A stretch of DNA of 35,565 nucleotides from Alteromonas sp. (GTDB taxonomy: Bacteria > Margulisbacteria > Marinamargulisbacteria > UBA6595), in assembly GCA_964220215.1 (NCBI GenBank), contig CAXPTH010000009.1, positions 1 through 35,565 on the forward strand, given 5' to 3'. Below the pieces are notes generated by a model. The model was not told where the DNA came from. It did not search any database and worked only from the letters and a program-made list of their open reading frames with translations. Position 1 is the first letter of the stretch, and each line of letters begins with the position of its first letter. Of this stretch, positions 1 through 9,423 are shown piece after piece. The position numbers and the translations under genes are program-made.

Positions 1-410
1 CTCAGCAGCAGGCACCCACTCAGCAACAGGCACCCCCAGCGCCCAAACCCCAGGCGCCCACTCAGCAGCAGGCACCCACTCAGCAGCAGGCACCCACTCA
101 GCAACAGACACCCCCAGCGCCCAAACCCCAGGCGCCCATTCAACAGCAGGCGCCCACTCAGCAACAGGCACCCCCAGCGCCCAAAACCCAGGCGCCCATT
201 CAGCAGCAGGCACCCACTCAGCAGCAGGCACCCACTCAGCAACAGGCACCCCCAGCGCCCAAACCGCAAGCGCCCATTCAGCAGCAGGCACCCATTCAGC
301 AGCAGGCACCCCCAGCGCCCAAAGACCCAGCTCCCAAAACCCAGGCACCCATTCAGCAGCAGGCACCCACTCAGCAACAGGCACCCCCAGCGCCCAAAAC
401 CCAGGCGCCC
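1..410 (+). repeat. Coding tandem repeat: 18-nt unit (T/I)QQQAP x14 interspersed with 24-nt unit PAPK(P/T)QAP x6
   Basis: Units ACTCAGCAGCAGGCACCC and CCAGCGCCCAAACCCCAGGCGCCC read directly. The hexapeptide comes in blocks of 2-3-2-3-2-2, and all unit lengths are multiples of 3. Confidence 0.95.
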
Positions 411-2003
411 ACCACAAAACCAATGGACCCACTCGCCCAAAGCCTAAAAGATCTGCCCAAGCAACCCAAATTAAGCGACGCTCGGCTAATGGATTCAGCC
501 GCCATGCATACACCTAAAAAATCAAAAGCCAAGGCGAGCACCCAACCCGCCAACCCCCTCGCCAAACCAACCGCCAAACCAACCGCCAAACCCGCCGCCG
601 GAACGCCAACCGCATCAACCGGTGCCGAACCCCCCAGCCTGGTTACCAGCCTTAATGAAACTCAAACGGTCAGCTTGTCCAGCATGGCCACCGTTCAGCC
701 CACCCCGGAAAAATTAGCCCAACAACAAACCGAGGCGATGAACCACCAACACCGCGGGGAAAGCGCTGTCAAACTGGACACTCCCGCAGATGCCGCTCAA
801 AAAAAGCTTCAGGCCTATGCAGCCGCTTACTTAGGCGTAAAAAAAGAGACCAAATCAACGGGAACCGTGCAGGATCAACGCAGCGAATTACTCGCATCCG
901 GCGTATCTGAAGGGGATTTACAGGAACTCGAAACCGGTATCGTAACGGTGGCCAAAACCCAACTCAAGCACCAAATGAAACACATGGCCCGAACCCAAAT
1001 ACTAACCGAATTTGGCTCCGATGGGGAATTGGATAAACAAAATGCCCACGCCTTGGAACACGGGATTAAACAACTGCGCGACCAACTCAAAGCCAATGGC
1101 AAGGTGGGGGATCCGGACCAAATTCACGACTGGCACCACGAAGCGGTATACGAAGCGATGGACGAAGTCGCGGATGCTATTCGAGTCTATCGATTGGAAA
1201 CATTTAAAGACTTTAAAACACAAGAACTAGCCGGCGACCCCGCAGCACCTGAAACGGAGAAACAGTATGAAGAACTCGGTCAACTGGGATTTAAATTGGG
1301 GGCGTTTGATTATAAAGAAGCCTTTAAGCTCACCGATCAATTTACCCTGGACTTGTATGACTTGGGGAGCTTGTTATTTGAGTCTGATATGGATATGGAC
1401 CAGAACCCCCACACCCCCACACCCTATACCTATTCTCAATCCGATGAGCACGATATTTTACTGGACCGATTGCGGGCTATTTTAATGAATGTGGCCTTAA
1501 CTGGGGGCGTTTTAAATCAAATTAGCAGCCAATTTAAGATCCAAAAAATTAAAAATGGCTTGGTCAAATTGGGCGTTTACAACGAGGATTTACTCCACAC
1601 ACTGACCCAAGAAACCGAAGCGGAAGCCATTCAAATTTTGACTAAAATTTTGCACGAATGCTGTTTAGAACATGCCTCGTTTTACCGACTCAGCGGGATT
1701 GATTACGAACAAAACAAACGCAAATTCAAAGCAACCGTTCGCAATTTGAATCGATTGGGAGTCTCAATTTCTGACACCCAGCTAGACCAATACCAAGCCG
1801 ACGCCAACCGGGCCATGTACCCCGCTATCGTGAATGCCTATCGGCGTGCGGTTGTCTCTGGCTATGACACCCAACAACACCAATTGTTGCAAACTGCGAG
1901 CCGCTTGCGAACAGAAACCCCCGACTTGAGTGCCTACACCAGCCCCGATATGGAAGGCCCGTTGATGGCCCTAAATCACGATCAGTTTTCGGAGTCTGTA
2001 TGA
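3..2003 (+). CDS. Hypothetical protein (5'-truncated by window) with N-terminal Gln/Pro/Ala-rich tandem repeats and a helical C-terminal region
   Basis: The frame from position 3 is open and continuous with ORF 423..2003: QQQAPTQQQAPPAPKPQAP...TTKPMDPL. No family motif recognised. Confidence 0.8.
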   Translation, partial: QQQAPTQQQAPPAPKPQAPTQQQAPTQQQAPTQQQTPPAPKPQAPIQQQAPTQQQAPPAPKTQAPIQQQAPTQQQAPTQQQAPPAPKPQAPIQQQAPIQQQAPPAPKDPAPKTQAPIQQQAPTQQQAPPAPKTQAPTTKPMDPLAQSLKDLPKQPKLSDARLMDSAAMHTPKKSKAKASTQPANPLAKPTAKPTAKPAAGTPTASTGAEPPSLVTSLNETQTVSLSSMATVQPTPEKLAQQQTEAMNHQHRGESAVKLDTPADAAQKKLQAYAAAYLGVKKETKSTGTVQDQRSELLASGVSEGDLQELETGIVTVAKTQLKHQMKHMARTQILTEFGSDGELDKQNAHALEHGIKQLRDQLKANGKVGDPDQIHDWHHEAVYEAMDEVADAIRVYRLETFKDFKTQELAGDPAAPETEKQYEELGQLGFKLGAFDYKEAFKLTDQFTLDLYDLGSLLFESDMDMDQNPHTPTPYTYSQSDEHDILLDRLRAILMNVALTGGVLNQISSQFKIQKIKNGLVKLGVYNEDLLHTLTQETEAEAIQILTKILHECCLEHASFYRLSGIDYEQNKRKFKATVRNLNRLGVSISDTQLDQYQADANRAMYPAIVNAYRRAVVSGYDTQQHQLLQTASRLRTETPDLSAYTSPDMEGPLMALNHDQFSESV

Positions 2004-2296
2004 CCCGCGCGGCGGGCTAAAACCTGGGTAATATCGGACAAGGTCATGCCTTGGGAGTGCAAAAATACCAACAAATGAAACATGAGATCAGCACCCTCTT
2101 CGCAAATTTCATCATAATTGTTGTTTTTACCCGCAATGACAAACTCGGTTGCTTCTTCACCAATTTTTTGCAACACGCGATCCGTTCCCGATGCCACCAA
2201 TCGGTGCACATATGAATTGGAATCTCCGGCAGATAATCGCGCTTGGATAATGCGTTCGAGCTGATTAAGTACGGCTTGTGTAGGATTGTTTGTCAT
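1982..2296 (-). CDS. hisE: Phosphoribosyl-ATP diphosphatase
   Basis: Motifs SYV..L...G.DRVLQKIGEEATE and EEGADLMFHLLV; 104-aa stand-alone HisE size. Confidence 0.93.
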   Translation of the reverse strand: MTNNPTQAVLNQLERIIQARLSAGDSNSYVHRLVASGTDRVLQKIGEEATEFVIAGKNNNYDEICEEGADLMFHLLVFLHSQGMTLSDITQVLARRAGHTDSEN

Positions 2297-2364
2297 AAAC
2301 CCTATTATACACGCTATGGACTCTGTTTCAAAAATAGCGGTGGATAGTGTACAGTAATAGAAGA

Positions 2365-3438
2365 ATGGCTGGCAATCAATTTGGGTCTTTATTTTCAGTT
2401 ACCACCTTCGGTGAAAGTCACGGCGAAGCCATTGGCGCTATCGTGGATGGTTGCCCGGCAGGCTTACCCCTGTCCGATGCCGACATTCAACACGATTTAG
2501 ACCGCCGAAGACCCGGTCAGAGCAGTGTCACAACGCCTCGAAAAGAAGCGGATACCATTCATGTGTTGTCCGGTGTCTTTAATGGCAAAACAACCGGAGC
2601 CCCCATTGGCCTGGTTATTTATAACGAAAATCAACAATCCAAAGACTACAGTCATCTGGAATCGGTCTTTCGTCCGGGCCATGCCGATTATACCTATACC
2701 CAAAAATACAAACACCGCGATCATCGGGGTGGCGGCCGGTCCAGTGGCCGAGAAACCGCTGCCCGAGTCGCTGCGGGCGCCATTGCCAAACAATGGCTCC
2801 GCCAACACGGCATTCAGCTCCAAGCCTACACCATTGCTGTGGGGCCCTTCACCGTCACCGACATGGATTTGTCTGTTGTAGAAACCAACGCTATTCGATG
2901 CCCCAATACCCAGCAAGCGGCTGAGATTCAAGCCTATATCGAAGCCCTCAAAGCAGCGGGGGACTCGGTTGGTGGTATCGTTCAGCTGCGCATCACGGGC
3001 ATGCCCGTTGGGATTGGCGAGCCCTGTTTTGATAAACTGGATGCTGTTTTGGGGCATGCCATTTTATCCATCGGAACCATTAAGGGCGTTGAGTTTGGGG
3101 ATGGGTTTGCAACCGCCCGATTACTGGGCAGTGAATCCAACGACCCCCTTCACTCGGATGCGGCCGGCATTCACACCACCAGCAATCACGCCGGCGGGAT
3201 TGTGGGGGGGCTGTCCAATGGGGAAGCCATTGTGGTAAATGCCGCCGTTAAGGCCCCCTCTTCCATTCAAAAGAACCAAGACACTGTTACCCGAGATGGC
3301 AAAAACACAACCCTATCGGTTACGGGTCGGCACGATCCTTGCATTTGCCCCCGGGTAGTCCCGGTGGTTGAAGCCATGGCGGCAATTGCACTGATGGATT
3401 TAATGCTGATTCATTCTGGGTACCCCCATCGTGAGTAA
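2365..3438 (+). CDS. aroC: Chorismate synthase
   Basis: TTFGESHG, RPGHAD, RGGGRSSGRET, GRHDPCICPR. Start placed at ATG 2365 (MAGNQFG). Confidence 0.97.
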   Translation: MAGNQFGSLFSVTTFGESHGEAIGAIVDGCPAGLPLSDADIQHDLDRRRPGQSSVTTPRKEADTIHVLSGVFNGKTTGAPIGLVIYNENQQSKDYSHLESVFRPGHADYTYTQKYKHRDHRGGGRSSGRETAARVAAGAIAKQWLRQHGIQLQAYTIAVGPFTVTDMDLSVVETNAIRCPNTQQAAEIQAYIEALKAAGDSVGGIVQLRITGMPVGIGEPCFDKLDAVLGHAILSIGTIKGVEFGDGFATARLLGSESNDPLHSDAAGIHTTSNHAGGIVGGLSNGEAIVVNAAVKAPSSIQKNQDTVTRDGKNTTLSVTGRHDPCICPRVVPVVEAMAAIALMDLMLIHSGYPHRE

Positions 3439-4774
3439 TGATCGGATCCCCCCTCAAAATTTAGAAGCCGAACAATCCGTATTGGGCGCCATGATGTTGT
3501 CCAAAGACATGATTGCGGTTGTGGGCATGAAATTAAAACCGCATCATTTTTATAGCCACGCCCATGAAGCCATTTTTAAGGTTATTTTAGAGTTGTATCA
3601 AGGCAATCAACCCATTGATTTAATTACCGTATCGGAGGCCTTGAAAAAAGGTGATAGTCTGGATCAGGTCGGCGGGCGTGCCTATTTGGCTGAAATTATT
3701 GACAGCGTCCCCACCACCAGCAATGCCCAACAGTACGCGGACATTGTGGTGGATCAAGCCATGTTGCGCCAAGTGATTGAAACTGGGTCGGATATTGTCG
3801 CCGATGGCTTTGATAAAACTCAGCATGTGGACGATGTCTTGGAACGTGCCCAACAAAAAATCATGGACCTGTCCCGTGAGCGGGTACACGATGATTTTGT
3901 TCCCATTAAAGATGTTTTAATGCCGGTTATGGACAGTATGCACGATGTGTACGGCGCCGATGGGCAAATCTTGGGTGTCACCACCGGCTTTGATGATTTG
4001 GATCAGATTACTTCCGGATTCCAAAAATCAGACTTAATCATTTTAGCGGCTCGCCCGGGCATGGGAAAAACAACACTGGCCCTGAATATTGCCGTGAACG
4101 CGGCCATCCAAAAAAAACACAGCATTGCCGTTTTTAGCTTGGAAATGCCCAAAGAACAACTGGCCACTCGGCTCTTGTGTGGCGAAGCCAAGATTGATTC
4201 ATCGCGTCTAAAAACAGCCAACTTGCAACCCCGCGAATACGATCAGCTAACGCACGCCTTGGGGAAGTTATCCGAAGCCAATATCTATTTGGATGATTCG
4301 CCCAGTTTAACCCCCTTTGAATTGCGTGCCAAAACACGCCGACTACAAATGGAAACCGATGTGGATTTGGTGATTATTGACTATTTACAGCTCATGCGTG
4401 GAGGACGCAAACGATCTGAAAGTCGATTTCAGGAAGTATCTGAAATTATACGAGAAGTGAAAGCCTTTGCGCGAGAGCTCAATGTCCCAGTCATTGCCTT
4501 GTCCCAGTTAAGCCGTGACATTGAAAAACGACCCGACCAATTGCCCAAATTAAGCGATTTGCGTGAAACCGGAGAAATTGAGCAAACAGCCGATCTCGTG
4601 TTGTTTATTTATCATGATCAACACTACGAATCCAACACCACCGCCAACAGTGTCCCTTCGAAACTCATCATCGCCAAACACCGAAACGGCCCTGTGGGCT
4701 CTATTGATTTAGTATTTCGTAAAGATTATTCCCGATTTTATGGAACAGAAACCAAGGCCGGCCTGCCTGTTTAA
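3431..4774 (+). CDS. dnaB: Replicative DNA helicase
   Basis: PPQNLEAEQSVLG, Walker A AARPGMGKT, FSLEM, IIDYLQL, ALSQLSR, AKHRNGP. GTG start overlaps the aroC end; no intein. Confidence 0.97.
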   Translation: MSNDRIPPQNLEAEQSVLGAMMLSKDMIAVVGMKLKPHHFYSHAHEAIFKVILELYQGNQPIDLITVSEALKKGDSLDQVGGRAYLAEIIDSVPTTSNAQQYADIVVDQAMLRQVIETGSDIVADGFDKTQHVDDVLERAQQKIMDLSRERVHDDFVPIKDVLMPVMDSMHDVYGADGQILGVTTGFDDLDQITSGFQKSDLIILAARPGMGKTTLALNIAVNAAIQKKHSIAVFSLEMPKEQLATRLLCGEAKIDSSRLKTANLQPREYDQLTHALGKLSEANIYLDDSPSLTPFELRAKTRRLQMETDVDLVIIDYLQLMRGGRKRSESRFQEVSEIIREVKAFARELNVPVIALSQLSRDIEKRPDQLPKLSDLRETGEIEQTADLVLFIYHDQHYESNTTANSVPSKLIIAKHRNGPVGSIDLVFRKDYSRFYGTETKAGLPV

Positions 4775-6386
4775 ACGGCTAGGGTTCAGCATTTTCTGGA
4801 TGGGGCTTCCCCTATGGGGATCGGCCTTGCACCTGCTTCCAGATCAGCTCAACAACTTTGTTCTGCAAGCCGATACTATTGCCTATTTAAATGACGGGCA
4901 GGTGCTTCAGGCCTCTGAGAATATCCGTCTGGATTACAGTGGCTATACCATTTATACCGATCGATTTCGCTACTATGACACAGAAAAGCGCTTGCAGTTT
5001 CGAGGCAACACCCTGATTCAAAAAGACGATAGCCAGTTCAAAACCCAAGCGTTAAACTTAAACGCAACCGCATTAACCGGCTCTTCCGACTCATTTTTGT
5101 TCAACAGTGACCGCATGTTTCTGCGAGGCCATTCCCTGGACTTGAACACAAAAGAAATTACCGCCCATTCTGTCTGGTATTCCACCTGTCCTTTCAATCA
5201 AACATCCACCCCCATTTACCATATTCGTAGTAGCAAACTGATTATTCATCCGCAACGCGGGGCTTTTGTGGCCAACCATACGGTCCTGTATTTGTGGAAA
5301 ATACCCGTGTTTTATTTTCCTCGAATGCTGTATCAACACCACCCGTATATTATTTTGGATGGTGAAGAAGCCCTAAACAGCACCCAAAACCCCGGCAAAA
5401 CAAGCAGAAATTATGCGGAAATCCCCGCACCTGAATTGGGTCAAAATAGCCTCGAGGGTTACTTTATTCGAACCGAATTTGGGTATTTGGGCAGCGGACT
5501 TCAATCGGGGGCCATTCGAGCCGGATTTAGTGAAAAATTAGGCTTTAACACCGGTATTGAACACCGCATTGTCAACTCCATTGCAGACCAAATCAAACTT
5601 CAAGCCAACTGGTACAACTCTCTGGGCGTCCAAGGCTATGTGGTGTACTCGCATGATGCGGACCGCATTGCGACCAAAAGTCAGAACCCATTGGGCAGCG
5701 GCTTTAATGACTTGTTCACCCATGTTATTGCCCAACCCCTCATTCCCGTCAGCCAGTTTAATATTCGCTACAGTTATCGTGAATTGTTTCAAAATTCATT
5801 TGTTACATTTCGTCCCAAAGCGCAGTGGATTTTAAAGCAACAACAACTTCCCTACGGAGCATTACTCAATGGAACAACCAGTTTATCGGCTATCGAAGAG
5901 ACCTTTGAGTACACCGATGATGACTCCCGAGACCCAATCCGATCATCCCGATGGATGAATACCCTGCGCCTATCGCGCCCATACCCCATTGCTGAGCGAT
6001 GGGACTTGGACCCATCACTGAGTTACTATTTATCTGTATACGATCATCAAAAAACATGGCGCCGATCGTTTGCCGGTCTGCGATTAACCACGCGGCAACC
6101 CCGATACACAACCTATATTGAATACCAAAAGAAATTACTCAATGTTGGCAGCAGTGTATTTGCATTTGATTCCGGCAATATTATTGAAACCGATGAAGTC
6201 GGTCTTGGATTTACCAGCCAATTAAATTCCAAACTTTTATATAAAACCACGCTCAATATTAATTCAGAAGCCTGGAAAACCCGAAGCTTCAACCACGACA
6301 TTACCTACTTTATGGACTGCATCAGCCTGTCGTTTGGATTGGACAGCATTCAAAAGTCGTATCGATTTAACGTTGGGATTTTTTAA
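4740..6386 (+). CDS. lptD: LptD/OstA-like LPS-assembly outer-membrane protein
   Basis: N-terminal jellyroll-like LQADTIAY...ASENIRLDY, then YSTCP..YHIRSSKL and LYLWKIPVFYFP, amphipathic beta-strands and a C-terminal Phe. Exact start uncertain. Confidence 0.7.
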   Translation: MEQKPRPACLFKRLGFSIFWMGLPLWGSALHLLPDQLNNFVLQADTIAYLNDGQVLQASENIRLDYSGYTIYTDRFRYYDTEKRLQFRGNTLIQKDDSQFKTQALNLNATALTGSSDSFLFNSDRMFLRGHSLDLNTKEITAHSVWYSTCPFNQTSTPIYHIRSSKLIIHPQRGAFVANHTVLYLWKIPVFYFPRMLYQHHPYIILDGEEALNSTQNPGKTSRNYAEIPAPELGQNSLEGYFIRTEFGYLGSGLQSGAIRAGFSEKLGFNTGIEHRIVNSIADQIKLQANWYNSLGVQGYVVYSHDADRIATKSQNPLGSGFNDLFTHVIAQPLIPVSQFNIRYSYRELFQNSFVTFRPKAQWILKQQQLPYGALLNGTTSLSAIEETFEYTDDDSRDPIRSSRWMNTLRLSRPYPIAERWDLDPSLSYYLSVYDHQKTWRRSFAGLRLTTRQPRYTTYIEYQKKLLNVGSSVFAFDSGNIIETDEVGLGFTSQLNSKLLYKTTLNINSEAWKTRSFNHDITYFMDCISLSFGLDSIQKSYRFNVGIF

Positions 6387-6418
6387 CGGGGCGTGATTCT
6401 ATGGTAAAATCGTGTGTC

Positions 6419-8476
6419 ATGAGACGGAGCATCTTGTTGGGCATTCAGTTACTCGTTTGGCTGATTGTAACGCCTTTAATCTACGCAAACCCAATCGTTG
6501 TCACCCAGTCAATCACCCTAGACAATCACCGTGTCACCTTATCCGAACCCATTATCCAAACGGATGCGGGGCTGTACGGCCCCATGCGTGCCTTGGCCGA
6601 TGCCCTCGGGGCTCAAACAACCTATACGCGACGCTCACGCCTGCACACCATTCAAACGTCCGATACGATTCAATTGGATTTAAAAGCATACAGCCGCGCC
6701 TTTTGGGTAAACCAACGGCTCCAATACACCGACACACCCCCCATACAACACCACAATCAGCTCTATATCCCATTGGCTCAATTTCTCCCCGCACTGGGCT
6801 ATACCATGACACAGACCCCTTCGGCGATACAGATTCAAAAACAATCGGGGGAGCGTCCAGCCCCAACAACCACTGGATTTGCACCAGCGTTTGCGTTTTC
6901 AAAGCTGGCGGACACCCCCATTCAATCCCTGCAGTTTAATGGCACCCATTACCCAGCCCCCAAAACCCACACGCACAACGGAACCCTGTTGATTGCCCTA
7001 GATGCGTTGTTAACGGACCAAGGGTATCAAATCACCCAAACCGACACCGAGATTCACTACAGTCAAAACAATAAACGCATCGTGCTAAGCACCCAAACCC
7101 CAACTGCGCGCGTATCCGACACCCTTCAAACAATACCCTATCACACCGAGTCTCCGGTTCTCATTACGGCCAATACGGTGTATATGCCCCTCTCTGTGTT
7201 ACACAGTGTGTTTGATTATAGCCTGGAGTGGCAGAAAAAAAATCAGACATTGCATATACTAAATCCCATGCAAACACCCAAAATTATGCCCTTGTCCGCC
7301 CCTATTCAGGTAAGCATTGATCACAGCCATACACCCGAAAAGCCCCAAATTACCTATGCTGGAAATTCCGTAACCCTGGCCTTGAATCACAGCCGTTTTA
7401 GTCGCAATGGCCACGATCGCTACCCCAAAGACTACGCCCTAAAGCGGGTTAGCTGGCAATCATCATCCCCACGAACAGACTCGCCCACCAGCCAATTAAC
7501 CTTGGATTTCACAAAACCCCATCATGTTGAAACACGCGTTGTGGGTCGCCAACTGATCGTTATGGCCAAACCCATTGTATCGGCCGTTCACCAGCGGATT
7601 TTATATAATAACGGCGCCGAAATTCATATTGTAACCACCGGTCCTGTGGATCGAAATTACCGGATTAGCTCCAGCAATAGCACACTACGCATTGAATTGC
7701 CCAGCACGCATTTGAAACCCAAAACCGTCGAGTCGGAGTCTCATTACTATGGGACAATCTCGATAGCCAATACCCATATTGACATTCCCCTTCGCTCAAA
7801 AAACCCCCTCATATTTCCAGAATTTGGCAACCAACTCACCGTACGCTTTCAACCCGATCCTGACCGCGAGATTGTGGAAAAAATAACAATGCCCAGCCCC
7901 CCATTGGCACCAGTAAATACCAAAAACGAACCCCTTAAACGGCGGGTCATTGCGATTGACCCTGGGCATGGGGGCAGTGATCCGGGTGCTGTGGGGTTAT
8001 ACGGAATGCATGAAAAAGACTACAATCGCGACATCTCGGATCATCTCATGCGGCTCTTGCGGCAATCCGGTGCCCGTGTGGTTAATTTGCGATTATCGGA
8101 TCGTAACCCGTCACTATCCAGTCGATCATCCGAAGCCAATGCCAACAACGCCGACATTACCGTCAGCGTCCATGTGAATTCGTTTTACAAAGAACACGCC
8201 AACGGAACAGAAACGTATTTCTATAAGTGGAAAGATCGTCGATTGGCCACTGCGTTGCAATCGGCCATGACCCGCGAACTCAAGTTAAAAGACAACGGGG
8301 TCAAACGCTCCAAATTGTATATTTTGAATCACACCACAATGCCCGCTGCTCTAGTTGAACCGGCCTTTATGACCAACCGAGATGATGCTAAAAAGCTCAA
8401 AAACCCAGAGTTTCGTGCTCGCATTGCCCAATCCATTCACGATGGGATTGTGACGTATTTTGAATCCAACCCCTAA
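6419..8476 (+). CDS. N-acetylmuramoyl-L-alanine amidase (Amidase_3) with signal peptide and copper-amine-oxidase-N/AMIN-like N-terminal domains
   Basis: IAIDPGHGGSDPGA, EK, SVHVNS, GTETY, LVEPAFMTN; repeated (L/V)Y.P(M/L)R/..LG segments in the N-terminal half. Start at ATG 6419 (MRRSILLG signal peptide), 8 nt after TGgTAAAAT. Confidence 0.9.
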   Translation: MRRSILLGIQLLVWLIVTPLIYANPIVVTQSITLDNHRVTLSEPIIQTDAGLYGPMRALADALGAQTTYTRRSRLHTIQTSDTIQLDLKAYSRAFWVNQRLQYTDTPPIQHHNQLYIPLAQFLPALGYTMTQTPSAIQIQKQSGERPAPTTTGFAPAFAFSKLADTPIQSLQFNGTHYPAPKTHTHNGTLLIALDALLTDQGYQITQTDTEIHYSQNNKRIVLSTQTPTARVSDTLQTIPYHTESPVLITANTVYMPLSVLHSVFDYSLEWQKKNQTLHILNPMQTPKIMPLSAPIQVSIDHSHTPEKPQITYAGNSVTLALNHSRFSRNGHDRYPKDYALKRVSWQSSSPRTDSPTSQLTLDFTKPHHVETRVVGRQLIVMAKPIVSAVHQRILYNNGAEIHIVTTGPVDRNYRISSSNSTLRIELPSTHLKPKTVESESHYYGTISIANTHIDIPLRSKNPLIFPEFGNQLTVRFQPDPDREIVEKITMPSPPLAPVNTKNEPLKRRVIAIDPGHGGSDPGAVGLYGMHEKDYNRDISDHLMRLLRQSGARVVNLRLSDRNPSLSSRSSEANANNADITVSVHVNSFYKEHANGTETYFYKWKDRRLATALQSAMTRELKLKDNGVKRSKLYILNHTTMPAALVEPAFMTNRDDAKKLKNPEFRARIAQSIHDGIVTYFESNP

Positions 8477-9378
8477 ACCAATAGCGTTAATGTTTGAATC
8501 GCCGATTCGGCCGTGACCAAGGGTGCCTGCCGGGTACGGACGCAGTTGGCAAAATGGGCAATTTGAGCTCCCAACGCATCGGTTGGCGTGACGGATACCG
8601 GCACACCGTCTGGGTGCTGCTCTGAATAATGCATCCCAGTTGGTCCCGATAAATCCACCGATACATAGCCCTGTGTACCTGTAATGGATACGGTTCGTTG
8701 TCGAAAGGGATGGGACCAGCTCACTTGCACCAATGCGCTTTGGTTGTTTGTGTATTCCAAGGCAATGTTGGCATGGCAGGCTTGCCCTGGCCGATGAAAA
8801 TCATGGGTATAAATAGTCGAGCCTACGGGGGAAGATCCCATTAAGTAAGTCACCAGATCCACATCGTGAACCCCCAAATCCAACAACACATCCGAATCCG
8901 TGATCTGGGGTGGCAGTGGGCTTAATCGTTGGGTATTGATTGAGATAATCGCACCCAATGTACCCGCATCGACCAGCTGCTTTGCGGCCACGATGGCTGG
9001 ATTAAATCGCTCAATATGGCCAATCATAACCGTCACCGCATCGCCAGCGGCATAAATTTGTTCCGCATCGGCTACGGTTTTGGCAATGGGTTTTTCGATT
9101 AATACCGACACACCCGCTGCAATACACGCCAAGGCTACGGATGCATGGGCAGCGGTTGACACGGCAATACTCACCGCATCCAACGCCTCAGCCGCCAGCA
9201 TCGCTGAAAAATCGGTATAGGCTTGGCAGCCATATTGGTCAGCATACGCCTGACTCCGATTGCGATCTGAATCGCACACGGCAACCAATTGAGCCCCCGA
9301 ATACTGATGCCAATGCTTGGCATGGTGCCGACCCATATTGCCTAAACCAATCACACCCACACGCAGTACTTGTGTCAT
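8473..9378 (-). CDS. Gfo/Idh/MocA family NAD-dependent oxidoreductase
   Basis: VGVIGLGNMG, LIEKP, GHIERFNPA, DLGVHDVD. Start placed at ATG 9378 (MTQVLRVG). Confidence 0.92.
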   Translation of the reverse strand: MTQVLRVGVIGLGNMGRHHAKHWHQYSGAQLVAVCDSDRNRSQAYADQYGCQAYTDFSAMLAAEALDAVSIAVSTAAHASVALACIAAGVSVLIEKPIAKTVADAEQIYAAGDAVTVMIGHIERFNPAIVAAKQLVDAGTLGAIISINTQRLSPLPPQITDSDVLLDLGVHDVDLVTYLMGSSPVGSTIYTHDFHRPGQACHANIALEYTNNQSALVQVSWSHPFRQRTVSITGTQGYVSVDLSGPTGMHYSEQHPDGVPVSVTPTDALGAQIAHFANCVRTRQAPLVTAESAIQTLTLLV

Positions 9379-9423
9379 AGTACTAGTGTACTGGGGAATG
9401 GACGCAATCGACAACTCTTGGCA

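Noticed and set aside
1..410. Possible CRISPR array
   Set aside because: No unique spacers; units are 18/24 nt, in frame with the downstream CDS; no cas genes in the window.
3431..4774. Intein in DnaB
   Set aside because: 447 aa with contiguous helicase motifs; no insertion.
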